From Candidatus Hodarchaeota archaeon (lineage in GTDB: Archaea; Asgardarchaeota; Heimdallarchaeia; Hodarchaeales; Hodarchaeaceae): a DNA stretch of 42,784 nt. Below, one piece after another: positions 29,294-39,198 of the stretch; within the stretch, counting starts at the first letter, position 1, and every line of letters begins with the position of its first letter. The notes beneath the pieces are model-generated. The model did no database searches and was not told where the DNA came from. It saw nothing but the letters and a program-made list of their open reading frames with translations. The translations under genes and the position numbers were made by a program. Location: NCBI GenBank assembly GCA_016839785.1, contig JAEOTQ010000068.1, positions 1 through 42,784 of the forward strand. The letters run 5' to 3'.

Positions 29294-32200
29294 ATGAGTG
29301 ACCAAGACAAGGAGCAAAAATCCACTTCATCGTTATTGGAAAACGAAACGTTGGAAAAGATTGCAATAAAACTTTGGGGGTATTTTATACAGTATCGACT
29401 TCTGGTATTAGTAGGAGCACTTGCTTTTTGGGTAAAAATAGCCTACGCACCGTCAATTGATATGTGGGATGAAGGATGGTTTGTATCTATTGCATCGAGA
29501 ATTGCTGACGGTTTATCCGATCCTTTTCTGCCCTTATATTATAGGGGGGATGATCAAGTCCTTCAACTCTTTGATAAACCTCCATTTGCTTTTATTTTTG
29601 GTGCGTTGCTTATGACTATCTTTGGTAAAAGCACCTTTGGAGCAAGTGGTCTAAATGCAATCGGTGGGGCTGGTCTTGCAGTTGTAATTTACCTTTTATT
29701 CAGTCATCAGAAGGAGAATAAAAGTGCGCATGTGATTTCAGGTCTGTTGATTGCACTCGCTTCCTTCCTCACATTCTACTCTCGAACGGCATATATTGAC
29801 CCATTTGTAATTTTCATGGGAAGTTTGGTATTATTAGCAGGGATCCGTGCTATTGATGCAATCTTTGTTGATAATGACCTTAAGAAAGGGTTTATTTTGA
29901 TTGTAATAACAGGTATCCTGAATATACTCAATGTTATGACTAAAGCTTGGCAAGGTATTCTAATTGCCCCCTCTATTGCCCTTTACCTAGTTTTTAGATA
30001 TACAGAACGGCATGTCAATTTCTCTCACTTGAAACCAGCATTGCAAGAGATCCGTGAATTATTTTCTCTCAATCTTTCAAAAGAAGAAAAAAATAAGACG
30101 TCTTCGAATAAAGAAGTTGGTTCCTTTCCGTATCTCATATTTTTACTTTCTCTGACGGTCTCATTTGTAGTTTGTTTTTTTTACAATCAACTACTTGTCT
30201 CTGGGATAATAATTGCGATTTTCAGCGCGTTTACATGCTATGCAGTATTCTTAAGATTTTGGAAAATGGAGTTAATTGAAAATAAGATTAGTATTTCAAT
30301 ATCTGTTGGCCTTTCAGCGGTTATGGCGTCTTTCGCTGGTAGTATTGCCGTATCGATGTTTTATAATAGGTTAGAAGAACCTTTCAGAGGATTTGCAACA
30401 GCAATAGGCTCGAATGATGTCTTTACTGGTATATTTTCAGGAATCCTTTCTTTTGCCTCAGAAGAAGCACTAGGTAATGAAATTATCACATTAACTTTAT
30501 TGGAAGTGATTAGTGGATTAATCGGTTCGATCATCACAATTCTTCTTGCATTGGTGATTTTAGGACTCTTTTTGGATTTTTTTTCCACCGATCGAGCATT
30601 TGTCAGTTTTTGTTATGAACTAGTCGACTGGATACCTTTAATGATAATGGGTTTATGGTTACTGTTTTGGTTCGTAGGATTACTTCTGCTTGGACTTGTT
30701 TTTGAGCGAGATGCTATACAAATTACCTTATTTGGTATAGCATTCTCTTTGTTACTCATTCCCCTTTTAGTCTATTATCCACATCTAAAGAATGGTATTA
30801 TAAGATTCTTTAATTTAAAGGCAAGAATTCGCTCTCAAACTGAGCTTTCAATTTTTTCCTGGCATATTCTGTTTATAGGATTTACCCTTATAGTAATAAT
30901 TTCCAGCTTTTATCCTTTTATTGCCTGGGTCCAATATATCGATGCCAACATCCCCCCAAATGGAACATTTCCGGTTATACGGACGCCAGGAGAGCTAGTT
31001 AAAGACCCAAATAGACCTAATGTTATCACAATGACTTTCTTATTTTTTGAATACTATATTGGATGGCGATACGCGTATGGCACAAAGTACAACCTTGCTG
31101 ATAGCTTAGGAGGTGCCATAGGTGATTACGCGCTGATTGTGATGTTACCCTTTGTAATAATTGGATTATGGGCATTTTTCTTTTCAGAACATAGGAATCC
31201 AGCATTAGGCTCCGCCCTAATTACATGGTTACTTGTTATCCCCCTCGTCTTTTTCCCTGCTATGTTTCAACTAAATTACTATTACATTCCCCTTGTGATT
31301 CCATATTTTGCTATAGCCGCGAAAGGATTCGAATACATTTACTCATCTGAAAAAATGCGATTATTGGCTATTGATAATGTGGAAAAAGCACTTGCAGGAG
31401 GATATTTTTTTCTAGAGATTGGCTACTCTTTCGTGGTATTTCCCATCAGGATTTTTATAGATAATGTCATTGCATTCCTTTTTGGGGGTGAATCGTTCTC
31501 TTATCTTCTTGGGAGTATTGATACTTTATTTAAGAGTCTCTTTGTGGCAGGCATCTATCTTATACCATTTATTTTTCTGTCTTTCTATGTTCTAAAAACG
31601 TTCCCAGGAATCATTACTGCGGGGTTTGCGTATAAATTCTTTATCGATGCCTGGTTTAGGGGTGGGAGTGGGTTGTATCGATTATACGACTATATATTTC
31701 ACGATTTCTTTGATTTTCTTGTAGATTTGGATTTCTCATGGGTTGGAAAAGTCATGGAGTTTGGAGCTCCTTTAGCAACTTTTGTTGGACTAGTATTACT
31801 CATAATAGGGTTGTACTGGCTAAGACCAAAGATAAAACCTCAACTTACCATACTTCTTGCCCTTTCTTTGTCAGGAATGCTAATAAATGTCTCCACTCAA
31901 ATTCATTACAATCAAATCTTCGATCTTCGGTATCAGGAGATGGCTATTTATATTAATAATCATGGTGGGGATTATAACTATAGTACATGGGCAATTCACG
32001 AGACAGGTACCCAGTTTGCTCTCAGATATTACCTTGAACATGAAGTGTTGAATACAATGAAGTATCCATTTACCACAAATTCCTCAATAGCAGTTCATTC
32101 ATACTTTACAAATAATTATCCGAATGTCTCATTTTGGGTAATTGTGAATCATACTGGCCATTGGTGGGACCCTGAAGAAGGATCTGGAGTGCCACCGTAT

Positions 32201-32365
32201 GCGGAAATGTATCCTGAAGCCTATAAATGGTTTAGGACGAACCCAAATTTGATATGTGTAGATGAAATTGTAGGCTTGACTACTTGGCATAAAATGCACT
32301 TGTTTGTGAATAAAACTTGGATTGTAGAAAGAGGGTATAACTGGAAAACCTTGTCAGGAAAATAA
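29294..32365 (+). CDS. Large GT-C fold glycosyltransferase (ArnT/PMT-like)
   Basis: WDEGWF, FDKPP and SRTAYIDP motifs; more than 15 TM segments; start 29282 or 29294. Confidence 0.8.
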   Translation: MSDQDKEQKSTSSLLENETLEKIAIKLWGYFIQYRLLVLVGALAFWVKIAYAPSIDMWDEGWFVSIASRIADGLSDPFLPLYYRGDDQVLQLFDKPPFAFIFGALLMTIFGKSTFGASGLNAIGGAGLAVVIYLLFSHQKENKSAHVISGLLIALASFLTFYSRTAYIDPFVIFMGSLVLLAGIRAIDAIFVDNDLKKGFILIVITGILNILNVMTKAWQGILIAPSIALYLVFRYTERHVNFSHLKPALQEIRELFSLNLSKEEKNKTSSNKEVGSFPYLIFLLSLTVSFVVCFFYNQLLVSGIIIAIFSAFTCYAVFLRFWKMELIENKISISISVGLSAVMASFAGSIAVSMFYNRLEEPFRGFATAIGSNDVFTGIFSGILSFASEEALGNEIITLTLLEVISGLIGSIITILLALVILGLFLDFFSTDRAFVSFCYELVDWIPLMIMGLWLLFWFVGLLLLGLVFERDAIQITLFGIAFSLLLIPLLVYYPHLKNGIIRFFNLKARIRSQTELSIFSWHILFIGFTLIVIISSFYPFIAWVQYIDANIPPNGTFPVIRTPGELVKDPNRPNVITMTFLFFEYYIGWRYAYGTKYNLADSLGGAIGDYALIVMLPFVIIGLWAFFFSEHRNPALGSALITWLLVIPLVFFPAMFQLNYYYIPLVIPYFAIAAKGFEYIYSSEKMRLLAIDNVEKALAGGYFFLEIGYSFVVFPIRIFIDNVIAFLFGGESFSYLLGSIDTLFKSLFVAGIYLIPFIFLSFYVLKTFPGIITAGFAYKFFIDAWFRGGSGLYRLYDYIFHDFFDFLVDLDFSWVGKVMEFGAPLATFVGLVLLIIGLYWLRPKIKPQLTILLALSLSGMLINVSTQIHYNQIFDLRYQEMAIYINNHGGDYNYSTWAIHETGTQFALRYYLEHEVLNTMKYPFTTNSSIAVHSYFTNNYPNVSFWVIVNHTGHWWDPEEGSGVPPYAEMYPEAYKWFRTNPNLICVDEIVGLTTWHKMHLFVNKTWIVERGYNWKTLSGK

Positions 32366-32377
32366 CCATTTGAAGGG

Positions 32378-32719
32378 ATGCCTACGTATCGAGATTTATC
32401 ACAGCTAATCTATGAATGTAATTTTGATTACTCATCAAATTCGAAGGGCCCCGCTGATTTACAATTTTTGGATGAGACTTTACGAGATGGATTGCAATCA
32501 GCCAGCGTTAGACACCCGTCGCTTGAGGAAAAAGCCCAAATTATTCGTCTTATGGAACAACTTGGAATAAATAGTGTAAACCTCGAAATGGCGTTTGCTT
32601 CAACAAAATTTCACGAAGATGTGGTGGGACTTGCTCAAATAATTCCCCAAGAAGAGCTATCTATAAAGACTATACTGAAACACACATACTACCTGAATTA
32701 CTCGAACGATAAAAGGTGA
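32378..32719 (+). pseudogene. N-terminal fragment of a DRE-TIM synthase (2-isopropylmalate/homocitrate synthase-like)
   Basis: LDETLRDGLQS..SLEEKAQIIRLMEQLGI motif but only 113 aa; the next gene starts immediately. Confidence 0.75.
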
Positions 32720-32724
32720 ACATA

Positions 32725-33003
32725 ATGGTTAACAAAGTAACTGCACGACACATTCTTGTAGATAAAAAAACACTGGCCGAAAATATCATTGAAGAAATTA
32801 ATGCTGGGGCAAAATTTGAGGAAATGGCTCGTAAGCACAGTACCTGTCCATCAAAGAAAAAAGGTGGGAATTTAGGAGAATTTGGTAGAGGCGCCATGGT
32901 AAAAGAGTTTGAAAAAGCTGCATTTGCGTTACAAAAAAATCAAATGACCCAAATCCCTGTAAAAACAAAATTTGGGTATCATATCATAAAACGAACAAGA
33001 TAA
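32725..33003 (+). CDS. ppiC: Parvulin-type peptidyl-prolyl isomerase
   Basis: ARHILV, SKKKGGNLGEF, MVKEFE, KTKFGYHII; AGGTGA before ATG 32725. Confidence 0.92.
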   Translation: MVNKVTARHILVDKKTLAENIIEEINAGAKFEEMARKHSTCPSKKKGGNLGEFGRGAMVKEFEKAAFALQKNQMTQIPVKTKFGYHIIKRTR

Positions 33004-33170
33004 ATTGTGTAATCTCGTAAATAGTAAACAGAAGGAGTTGCTCTACAAGTTTTAACAATTTTTATCAAAATTTTACACAGTAATTATCCAAATCCTTATA
33101 ATCAGACACATTCTCAGAGGAAAATGATAAGACATTCAAATCGTAAATCATTGTTGGAATGACCTAAAAT

Positions 33171-33644
33171 ATGGCATTACTTGATGGAGAAATCAGACTT
33201 TCATTACAGCGTATAGAGAACGCTCTCCAAAATTTTATGGAGCTTCGTGATTTCAGGAACTTTATGTTGGCGAAAGCATACATAGAGGAAGGCCAAGTTC
33301 AGACTGCAATCCAATTCTTGAATCGTATAGACCGAGATGCTGATTACAATGCCCAATTGGTCATATCACAAAGTTTATTCATACGAGCTCTAATTTTAGT
33401 GTATGATCTGCAGTTTACTGATGCTTTAGCACTATTAGTACGGATAAGAGGGATGAGCTTCGAGAAAGATGAGAAATTATCAAAGGACATAACAAAACTC
33501 ATCAATGACATCAAAATTCTCCAACAGGCTAGCGCTATCTATGATAATACTAAAACGGCCGAAACATTACATAATTTTCAACAAGATACGTTACGGAATT
33601 TAGAAGGCTATCTCACATCTGCCCGAGCCCTATTGAAAAAATAA
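33171..33644 (+). CDS. Hypothetical alpha-helical (TPR-like) protein
   Basis: LAKAYIEEGQVQTAIQFL and YDLQFTDALALL helical pairs. Confidence 0.6.
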   Translation: MALLDGEIRLSLQRIENALQNFMELRDFRNFMLAKAYIEEGQVQTAIQFLNRIDRDADYNAQLVISQSLFIRALILVYDLQFTDALALLVRIRGMSFEKDEKLSKDITKLINDIKILQQASAIYDNTKTAETLHNFQQDTLRNLEGYLTSARALLKK

Positions 33645-34286
33645 TTAGGATTTCACAAACTCTTTTAAAAACTCAATAATTGTTTTACCTAGAACCTGCG
33701 TCAATTGGGCTTCTTCAATACTGGCATCGATCCATATCACTTGCCCACCGATATCCATCTTAGACAACTGCTGATAATTGACTAAGACTTTTTTCTGATA
33801 TTCAGCCTTCTCTAATTGATCATCGTTATGCTTGTCACGCATTTTCAAACGGGCCTGACCAAGTTTGACTGGAACATCCAAGATAATCCACAAATCTGGT
33901 CGTTTGGCGAACGAATTCTTTTCTAAAACATAGTTTAAGGTAAAAACCTCTAATGCACCTTGGTAGGCTGCACTAGACATATAGTATCGATCAACCAACA
34001 CCAGTTCATTTCTCGCAAGAGCAGGTAGTATGTTATTTTCTAAATCCCAGCGCCTGTCTTCAGTGTACCAATCTAATTCTTGTTCGGGGGTGACATTTTC
34101 GCGTTGCTTCTTCACTCTCTGTTGGATTAACTGCGAAAATGGACTATTAGGATTAGGCTCGTGAGTGACAGTTACTGGATAACTAAGTCCTCGTAGGTAT
34201 TCTGCAACTTTGTAAATTTGGGTTGTTTTTCCTGAACCGTCGATTCCCTCGAAAGCTATCAAAATCCCGTACGAAAGAGAAGTCAT
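33645..34286 (-). CDS. tmk: Thymidylate kinase
   Basis: FEGIDGSGKTTQ, HEP, LVDRYYMSSAAYQG, PDL. Confidence 0.95.
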   Translation of the reverse strand: MTSLSYGILIAFEGIDGSGKTTQIYKVAEYLRGLSYPVTVTHEPNPNSPFSQLIQQRVKKQRENVTPEQELDWYTEDRRWDLENNILPALARNELVLVDRYYMSSAAYQGALEVFTLNYVLEKNSFAKRPDLWIILDVPVKLGQARLKMRDKHNDDQLEKAEYQKKVLVNYQQLSKMDIGGQVIWIDASIEEAQLTQVLGKTIIEFLKEFVKS

Positions 34287-34528
34287 AGATGAAAAAACGT
34301 CCTCAGAAATAAATGTTTATGTGAACAGGTCAGTTGATTCCCAGAAAGTCCCAAATTAAATAATTTCTGCTGTTCAAAGGTTTTCTTTCGACCGAAATCT
34401 AGGTTATCTGTATAAGCCTCATAATTTCGAATAAGTATACCCAACTTACGCAATCATTGGGCGAATATTTTTGAAGATTATTAGGGTAGATATTCTTTGA
34501 TAAAAATAACAATAATGGTGTCTTTGCG

Positions 34529-35701
34529 ATGATCGATTTTAGTTTATCCAAAGAGCAAATTACTCTTCAAAAGAAAGCACGTGATTTTGCTCTAAATGAG
34601 ATAATCCCCGTCTCCCGAAAATATGACCAATCAGGGGAATTTCCATATGATGTGTATCAAAAAGCATTTGAAGCTGGATTACTCAACATTACTATACCAA
34701 CAGAATATGGAGGACAGGGATTAGGAATTCTTGATTCTTGTTTACTCGTAGAGGAAACAGCAGCAGCTGATCCTGGTATAACCACTTCACTTTTTTGTAA
34801 CAGTCTTGGACAAGAACCTATCATTTTAGGGGGAACTAAGGAACAGAAGGAAAAATGGTTGAGACCATTTACCGAAAAATTGCAGTTTGCCTCCTTTGCA
34901 ACAAGTGAACCAGGAATGGGAAGCGATGTTGCAGGAATTGCTACTACAGCACAGGTAGAAGGGGATGAACTTGTAGTTAATGGCCGGAAAATGTGGATTA
35001 CCAATGGGGGAGTGAGTAAAATAATAAGTCTATTTTGTCGTATGGAGGGAACTACTCGTCATAAAGGAATCACTGCTGTGGTGGTACCGACAGAGACGGA
35101 TGGAGTATCAATCGGGAAACCTATCCCCAAAATGGGTCATAAAGCTTCTAATACTGTCATGTTGCGATTAGATGATGTTAGAATACCGCTAGAAAATGTA
35201 CTAGGAGAACCAGGAAAAGCATTTCCCCTTGCAATGCAGACTTTTGCCCATACTCGACCTACAATTGGAGCTTTTGCATGTGGAATGGCACGAGGAGCAA
35301 TGGAATACGCTATTGCGTATGCCAAAAAACGAAAGGCGTTTGAAACAGAAATAGCAAACTTTCAGGCCATTCAGTTTATGATCGCTGAAATGAAAATGCA
35401 TTACGAAGCAGCTCGCCTACTTACATGGAAAGCAGCATGGGAAGCAGATAAAGGATGGGATAATACGATAACAGCGAGCTGTGCAAAGGCATTTGCCACA
35501 GATTATGGGATGAAAACCGCTTCTGATGCATTACAGATATTTGGGGGATATGGATATACCACGAATTATTTGATCGAAAAGCTATTCCGTGATGCGAAAC
35601 TGTACCAAATTTATGAAGGCACTTCTCAGGTACAACGGATGATTGTAGGCCGCTTTATGTTGTCCAAATATGCCCCTGTATTCGAAAAAGTGCACAGCTA
35701 A
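34529..35701 (+). CDS. Acyl-CoA dehydrogenase
   Basis: SEPGMGSD, NGRKMWITNG, FQAIQF, QIFGGYGY, RDAKLYQIYEGTSQVQR. Confidence 0.95.
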   Translation: MIDFSLSKEQITLQKKARDFALNEIIPVSRKYDQSGEFPYDVYQKAFEAGLLNITIPTEYGGQGLGILDSCLLVEETAAADPGITTSLFCNSLGQEPIILGGTKEQKEKWLRPFTEKLQFASFATSEPGMGSDVAGIATTAQVEGDELVVNGRKMWITNGGVSKIISLFCRMEGTTRHKGITAVVVPTETDGVSIGKPIPKMGHKASNTVMLRLDDVRIPLENVLGEPGKAFPLAMQTFAHTRPTIGAFACGMARGAMEYAIAYAKKRKAFETEIANFQAIQFMIAEMKMHYEAARLLTWKAAWEADKGWDNTITASCAKAFATDYGMKTASDALQIFGGYGYTTNYLIEKLFRDAKLYQIYEGTSQVQRMIVGRFMLSKYAPVFEKVHS

Positions 35702-35718
35702 AGTGAGAGTGAAGAATA

Positions 35719-36963
35719 CTGTCAGAGACAAAACAAATAGAAGTTAATGTATATGGAGCCAATTGGTGTAGTGACTGTAAACGCACAAAAAAATATCTAG
35801 GAGAGCAACGAATCCACTATGGGTGGTTTGACATTGAAAAATCGGATTCTGAAGGGGAAGAAGCTTTACAGTTTGTGTATGACACGAATGAAGCAATTTT
35901 TGGAACAAAAAAAAGAAAAGTCCCTGCAGTTGAAGTAATCAAGGATGGAGAACGAAAATTATTTGTGGAACCCTCCAATTATGAGCTGGCAAATTTCCTA
36001 GGTTTAGCAACACAAGCAAAAAAATCCTTTTATCATACTGTAATAATAGGTGCAGGACCAGCAGGGCTAACTGCCGCGATTTATCTAGCAAGAGATGGTT
36101 ATGATGTGTTGGTAATAGAACAGTCAACGATTGGAGGGCAAGCCTTCATAACAAATAGATTAGATAATTTTCCCGGATTTCCAGATGGTATTACGGGTGC
36201 GGACTTTGCAGAGAATGTTAGACGACAAGTCGAACGCTTTGGAGTCGAAATCCTTTCCCCTCAAAAAGTACAAAGTATTGGAACTTGTCATCCTGGTGGG
36301 ACATTTGATGAGTGTCAGTATAAAGTCGTTAAAACTGAAGCCCAAGAGTTTACCTGTTCTACTGTTCTTGTTGCGACAGGATCGAATTATCGTCAACTAA
36401 CTGTTCCTGGATCAGATGCACTACTTGGTATAAATATCCATTATTGTGCCACTTGTGACGGATTTTTCTACAAAAATAAGAAAATTTTTGTAATAGGAGG
36501 AGGAAATAGTGCCTTTGAAGAATCTCTCTTCTTAAAAGAAAAATTCGCAGACCATGTGACGATTATCATTCGTAGAGAAGAACCACAGGCATCTCCCGTT
36601 TTGCAAGAAAAAGTAAAAGATAAGGAGGGGATTGATGTTTGGGTGAATACAGAAGTAGTGGAGCTTGTAGGCGAGGATAGTTTAGAGGCTGTTAGAATTA
36701 AACATACCAATACTGGAGAAGTAAAAGAGTATCATCCCGATGGAATTTTCGTTTTTATTGGATTGTCACCCAATACTAAATTTCTGAAAGGAGTAAGTTT
36801 AGATCCCCTAGGTTTTATTACAACTTCTCAACAACAATCGTCAGTAAAAGGCATTTTTGCAGCGGGTGATTGTCGCTTAGGATCAGTTAAACAGGCTGTG
36901 GCCGCTGCAGGTGAAGGAGCTGCAGCTGCTATCGCTATTCGGGAATACTTGAGTAATACCTGA
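35719..36963 (+). CDS. trxB: Glutaredoxin-like domain fused to thioredoxin reductase; probable CTG start 52 codons upstream of the called GTG
   Basis: In-frame extension LSETKQIEVNVYGANWCSDCKRTKKYL; TrxR motifs GAGPAG, CATCDG, GGGNSA, AAGD. Confidence 0.85.
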   Translation: MSETKQIEVNVYGANWCSDCKRTKKYLGEQRIHYGWFDIEKSDSEGEEALQFVYDTNEAIFGTKKRKVPAVEVIKDGERKLFVEPSNYELANFLGLATQAKKSFYHTVIIGAGPAGLTAAIYLARDGYDVLVIEQSTIGGQAFITNRLDNFPGFPDGITGADFAENVRRQVERFGVEILSPQKVQSIGTCHPGGTFDECQYKVVKTEAQEFTCSTVLVATGSNYRQLTVPGSDALLGINIHYCATCDGFFYKNKKIFVIGGGNSAFEESLFLKEKFADHVTIIIRREEPQASPVLQEKVKDKEGIDVWVNTEVVELVGEDSLEAVRIKHTNTGEVKEYHPDGIFVFIGLSPNTKFLKGVSLDPLGFITTSQQQSSVKGIFAAGDCRLGSVKQAVAAAGEGAAAAIAIREYLSNT

Positions 36964-37167
36964 GTATTTCTCTCTCTCTTTATTTTTTGTCGAGTTACTC
37001 CTAAATAATTTAAGAGAGACTTTCTTCTTTGGACAAATAAATACAGTTTAATATCGAAAATTCTCTCTCTACGGGTTTTTATACCAACAATTCTATTTTC
37101 AATTAGAAACACAGTACTTAGTGTCTTTTTGGGTTTCTAAATATATAAGTCGAAACAGGAATCATGG

Positions 37168-37326
37168 ATGATGAAAATGATTGATACAGAATCAATAAAC
37201 CTAAGCAATCTAAATGAAATACTCGCTTATCTGAAATACCAGGGTCCTCTATATTTACGTAGAATCGAAGAGTGTCCCCCAATTCCTCCCAAAATATCAT
37301 CCTCTCCTCTATCTAATTTTGTGTAA
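37168..37326 (+). CDS. Small protein A (52 aa), YLxYxG family
   Basis: MMKMIDTESINLSNLNEILAYLKYQGPLYLRRIEECPPIPPKISSSPLSNFV; TATATAA at 37142-37148. Confidence 0.65.
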   Translation: MMKMIDTESINLSNLNEILAYLKYQGPLYLRRIEECPPIPPKISSSPLSNFV

Positions 37327-37479
37327 GATTTGATCAATAGTAAATATAGAGGTTTTGTGACTTTCTTTGTTATGTGCAAATGGATCTGAATATCTTTTTT
37401 TGAAGTAGGTGGCATTTTCTGTTGGTACTACTAGGGTATCACAGAGATTAATATATCCCTCTAGATCAAATATTCTAAT

Positions 37480-37635
37480 ATGGCACGTCCTTTACTACAA
37501 CCATCACAAGAACGACTACAGTCAACTATCGAATATCTCAATTATACTGGCCCCGTGTTCACGAGCGTTCGCAGTGAACTAAGTACAGACGATACGAAAA
37601 GCTCACTCAAAATTATTGGTTCGTCTGCGTTTTAA
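37480..37635 (+). CDS. Small protein B (51 aa), YLxYxG family
   Basis: MARPLLQPSQERLQSTIEYLNYTGPVFTSVRSELSTDDTKSSLKIIGSSAF; TTAATATAT at 37448-37456; pyrimidine tract downstream. Confidence 0.7.
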   Translation: MARPLLQPSQERLQSTIEYLNYTGPVFTSVRSELSTDDTKSSLKIIGSSAF

Positions 37636-37809
37636 TTATTTAAGTCGGATCAAGAAGACTCTCAACGGCAATGCCATACCCTTAATCCTTTTCTCCTTTT
37701 TCCTTTTTTCTCCTAAGAAGCTCTAAGAAGGATCCCTAGTGTGTGATATTCTGGAAATGTTATGGGAATATAAAAAGAAGGTCTGAGGTGATACAACTAG
37801 AGGAACTAA

Positions 37810-37977
37810 ATGACTTCACAACCAGTGGAAAACTCTGACGAGCGGCTAGCGTTAATTCACCAAGAAACTCGTCTTCGACTTACATTAGAATACCTAAATT
37901 ACAACGGCGTTCTATATACTCAAAATCTCATTCCCACAGTTAAATCTCCAGAGAAAGTTGATCGGTCTGCCGCTTAA
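37810..37977 (+). CDS. Small protein C (55 aa), YLxYxG family
   Basis: MTSQPVENSDERLALIHQETRLRLTLEYLNYNGVLYTQNLIPTVKSPEKVDRSAA; TATAAAAA at 37769 and GAGGA at 37800. Confidence 0.7.
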   Translation: MTSQPVENSDERLALIHQETRLRLTLEYLNYNGVLYTQNLIPTVKSPEKVDRSAA

Positions 37978-38121
37978 CAGTTCCTAATCTCACCCATTAG
38001 TTTACGTAGTCCTAGGAAGAATTTTCCCGTAATTCATCACCCCAAGAATTAAATCGTGTTTATTGTACACCTACGTTGCTTCAACCTGGCGACTACGTAT
38101 ATTTTCTTTTTCTTCTTATTT

Positions 38122-39099
38122 TTACCACGGTGGGAGATAAACAGGGTGAGTTCTCGGTTTATTATTTAGAACTTCTTCTACTTGTTCAAGGGTTTGGCTA
38201 TCCAGAGTGATGTCAGAGGCTGCAACGTTAGAAACTACATGAGCTTCTGAGGTGGCTCCAGTAATTGCACAGGATATTTCGCTCCGACGTAGAATCCAAG
38301 CAAGGGCTAATTGACCAACAGTAATATCTTTATTCGCAGCTATCTCTTGCAAACGACGAACTTTCGCTAAATTATCTTCAGTCAAATCTCGTTGAATGAA
38401 ATTACTTGTGGTTGCACGGCTTCCCTCGGGTGTTCCATCATTGTATTTTCCAGTTAAAACTCCTTGAGCTAAGGGTGACCAGCAGACAACACCAATACCA
38501 TTGCGATCACAGGTCTCCATTATATCTCGTTCAATGTATCGGTCCAACATGTTGTAGCGCGGTTGTTCTACACGAGGAGGATGTAATCCAAGCTCTTTTG
38601 CCATCCAAACAGCACGTTCTAGTTGAACAGCTGGCCAGACAGATGTTCCCCAGTAGTGAACAAGTCCTTGATCAACCAAGTCTGACATTGCACGAAGAGT
38701 TTCTTCGAGATCAGTATGATAATCAAATCTGTGTGCAAAGTAAATATCCAAGTAATCTGTTCCAATTCGCTCTAAAGACCTGTCAATACTTTCCATAATG
38801 TGCTTGCGAGAGAGTCCGCGATCATTGATTCCATCAGACATTGGCCAGAAAACTTTACTACTAATTACTAGATCTTTTCTGTCATAATTTTCGTTGGCGA
38901 TTACTTTCCCAACCACTTCTTCCGCTTTTCCTCGAGCGTAGACATCAGCAATATCTATAAAGTTTACTCCCAATTCCACGGCTTTTGCAATACAAGTTTG
39001 GGCACCCTGTTCTTCTACGGTTCCACCGTAGGTTAACCAGGCACCTAAACTAATTTCACTTATCTTTATTCCAGTACGACCCATTTGACGATATTTCAT
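38122..39099 (-). CDS. Aldo/keto reductase (Kv-beta/Tas-like)
   Basis: ISLGAWLTYG, DIADVY, ISSKVFW, DIYFAHRFD, WSPLAQGVLTGKY. Confidence 0.93.
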   Translation of the reverse strand: MKYRQMGRTGIKISEISLGAWLTYGGTVEEQGAQTCIAKAVELGVNFIDIADVYARGKAEEVVGKVIANENYDRKDLVISSKVFWPMSDGINDRGLSRKHIMESIDRSLERIGTDYLDIYFAHRFDYHTDLEETLRAMSDLVDQGLVHYWGTSVWPAVQLERAVWMAKELGLHPPRVEQPRYNMLDRYIERDIMETCDRNGIGVVCWSPLAQGVLTGKYNDGTPEGSRATTSNFIQRDLTEDNLAKVRRLQEIAANKDITVGQLALAWILRRSEISCAITGATSEAHVVSNVAASDITLDSQTLEQVEEVLNNKPRTHPVYLPPW

Positions 39100-39198
39100 A
39101 AATATTCACGATTCTTTTAGTGGTTTTTTTTAGATAAATCAGACTATACCTCTTATCAGTAAGAATCTTTTTCTGAATATAACGAAAGTCAGGTGAAG

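Noticed and set aside
35710-35712. In-frame TGA upstream of the glutaredoxin domain as selenocysteine
   Set aside because: It lies before the domain start within the probable ribosome site, and the CxxC is encoded by TGT codons.
37103-37140. Inverted repeat TTAGAAAC...GTTTCTAA just upstream of the small ORF A TATA box
   Set aside because: Only 8 bp in AT-rich DNA and not seen before ORFs B or C; too weak to call an operator.
36828-37415. Minus-strand track ORFs 36828..37112, 37118..37300 and 37227..37415
   Set aside because: No motifs; they overlap trxB or the plus-strand small ORF A, which is supported by paralogy and a TATA box.
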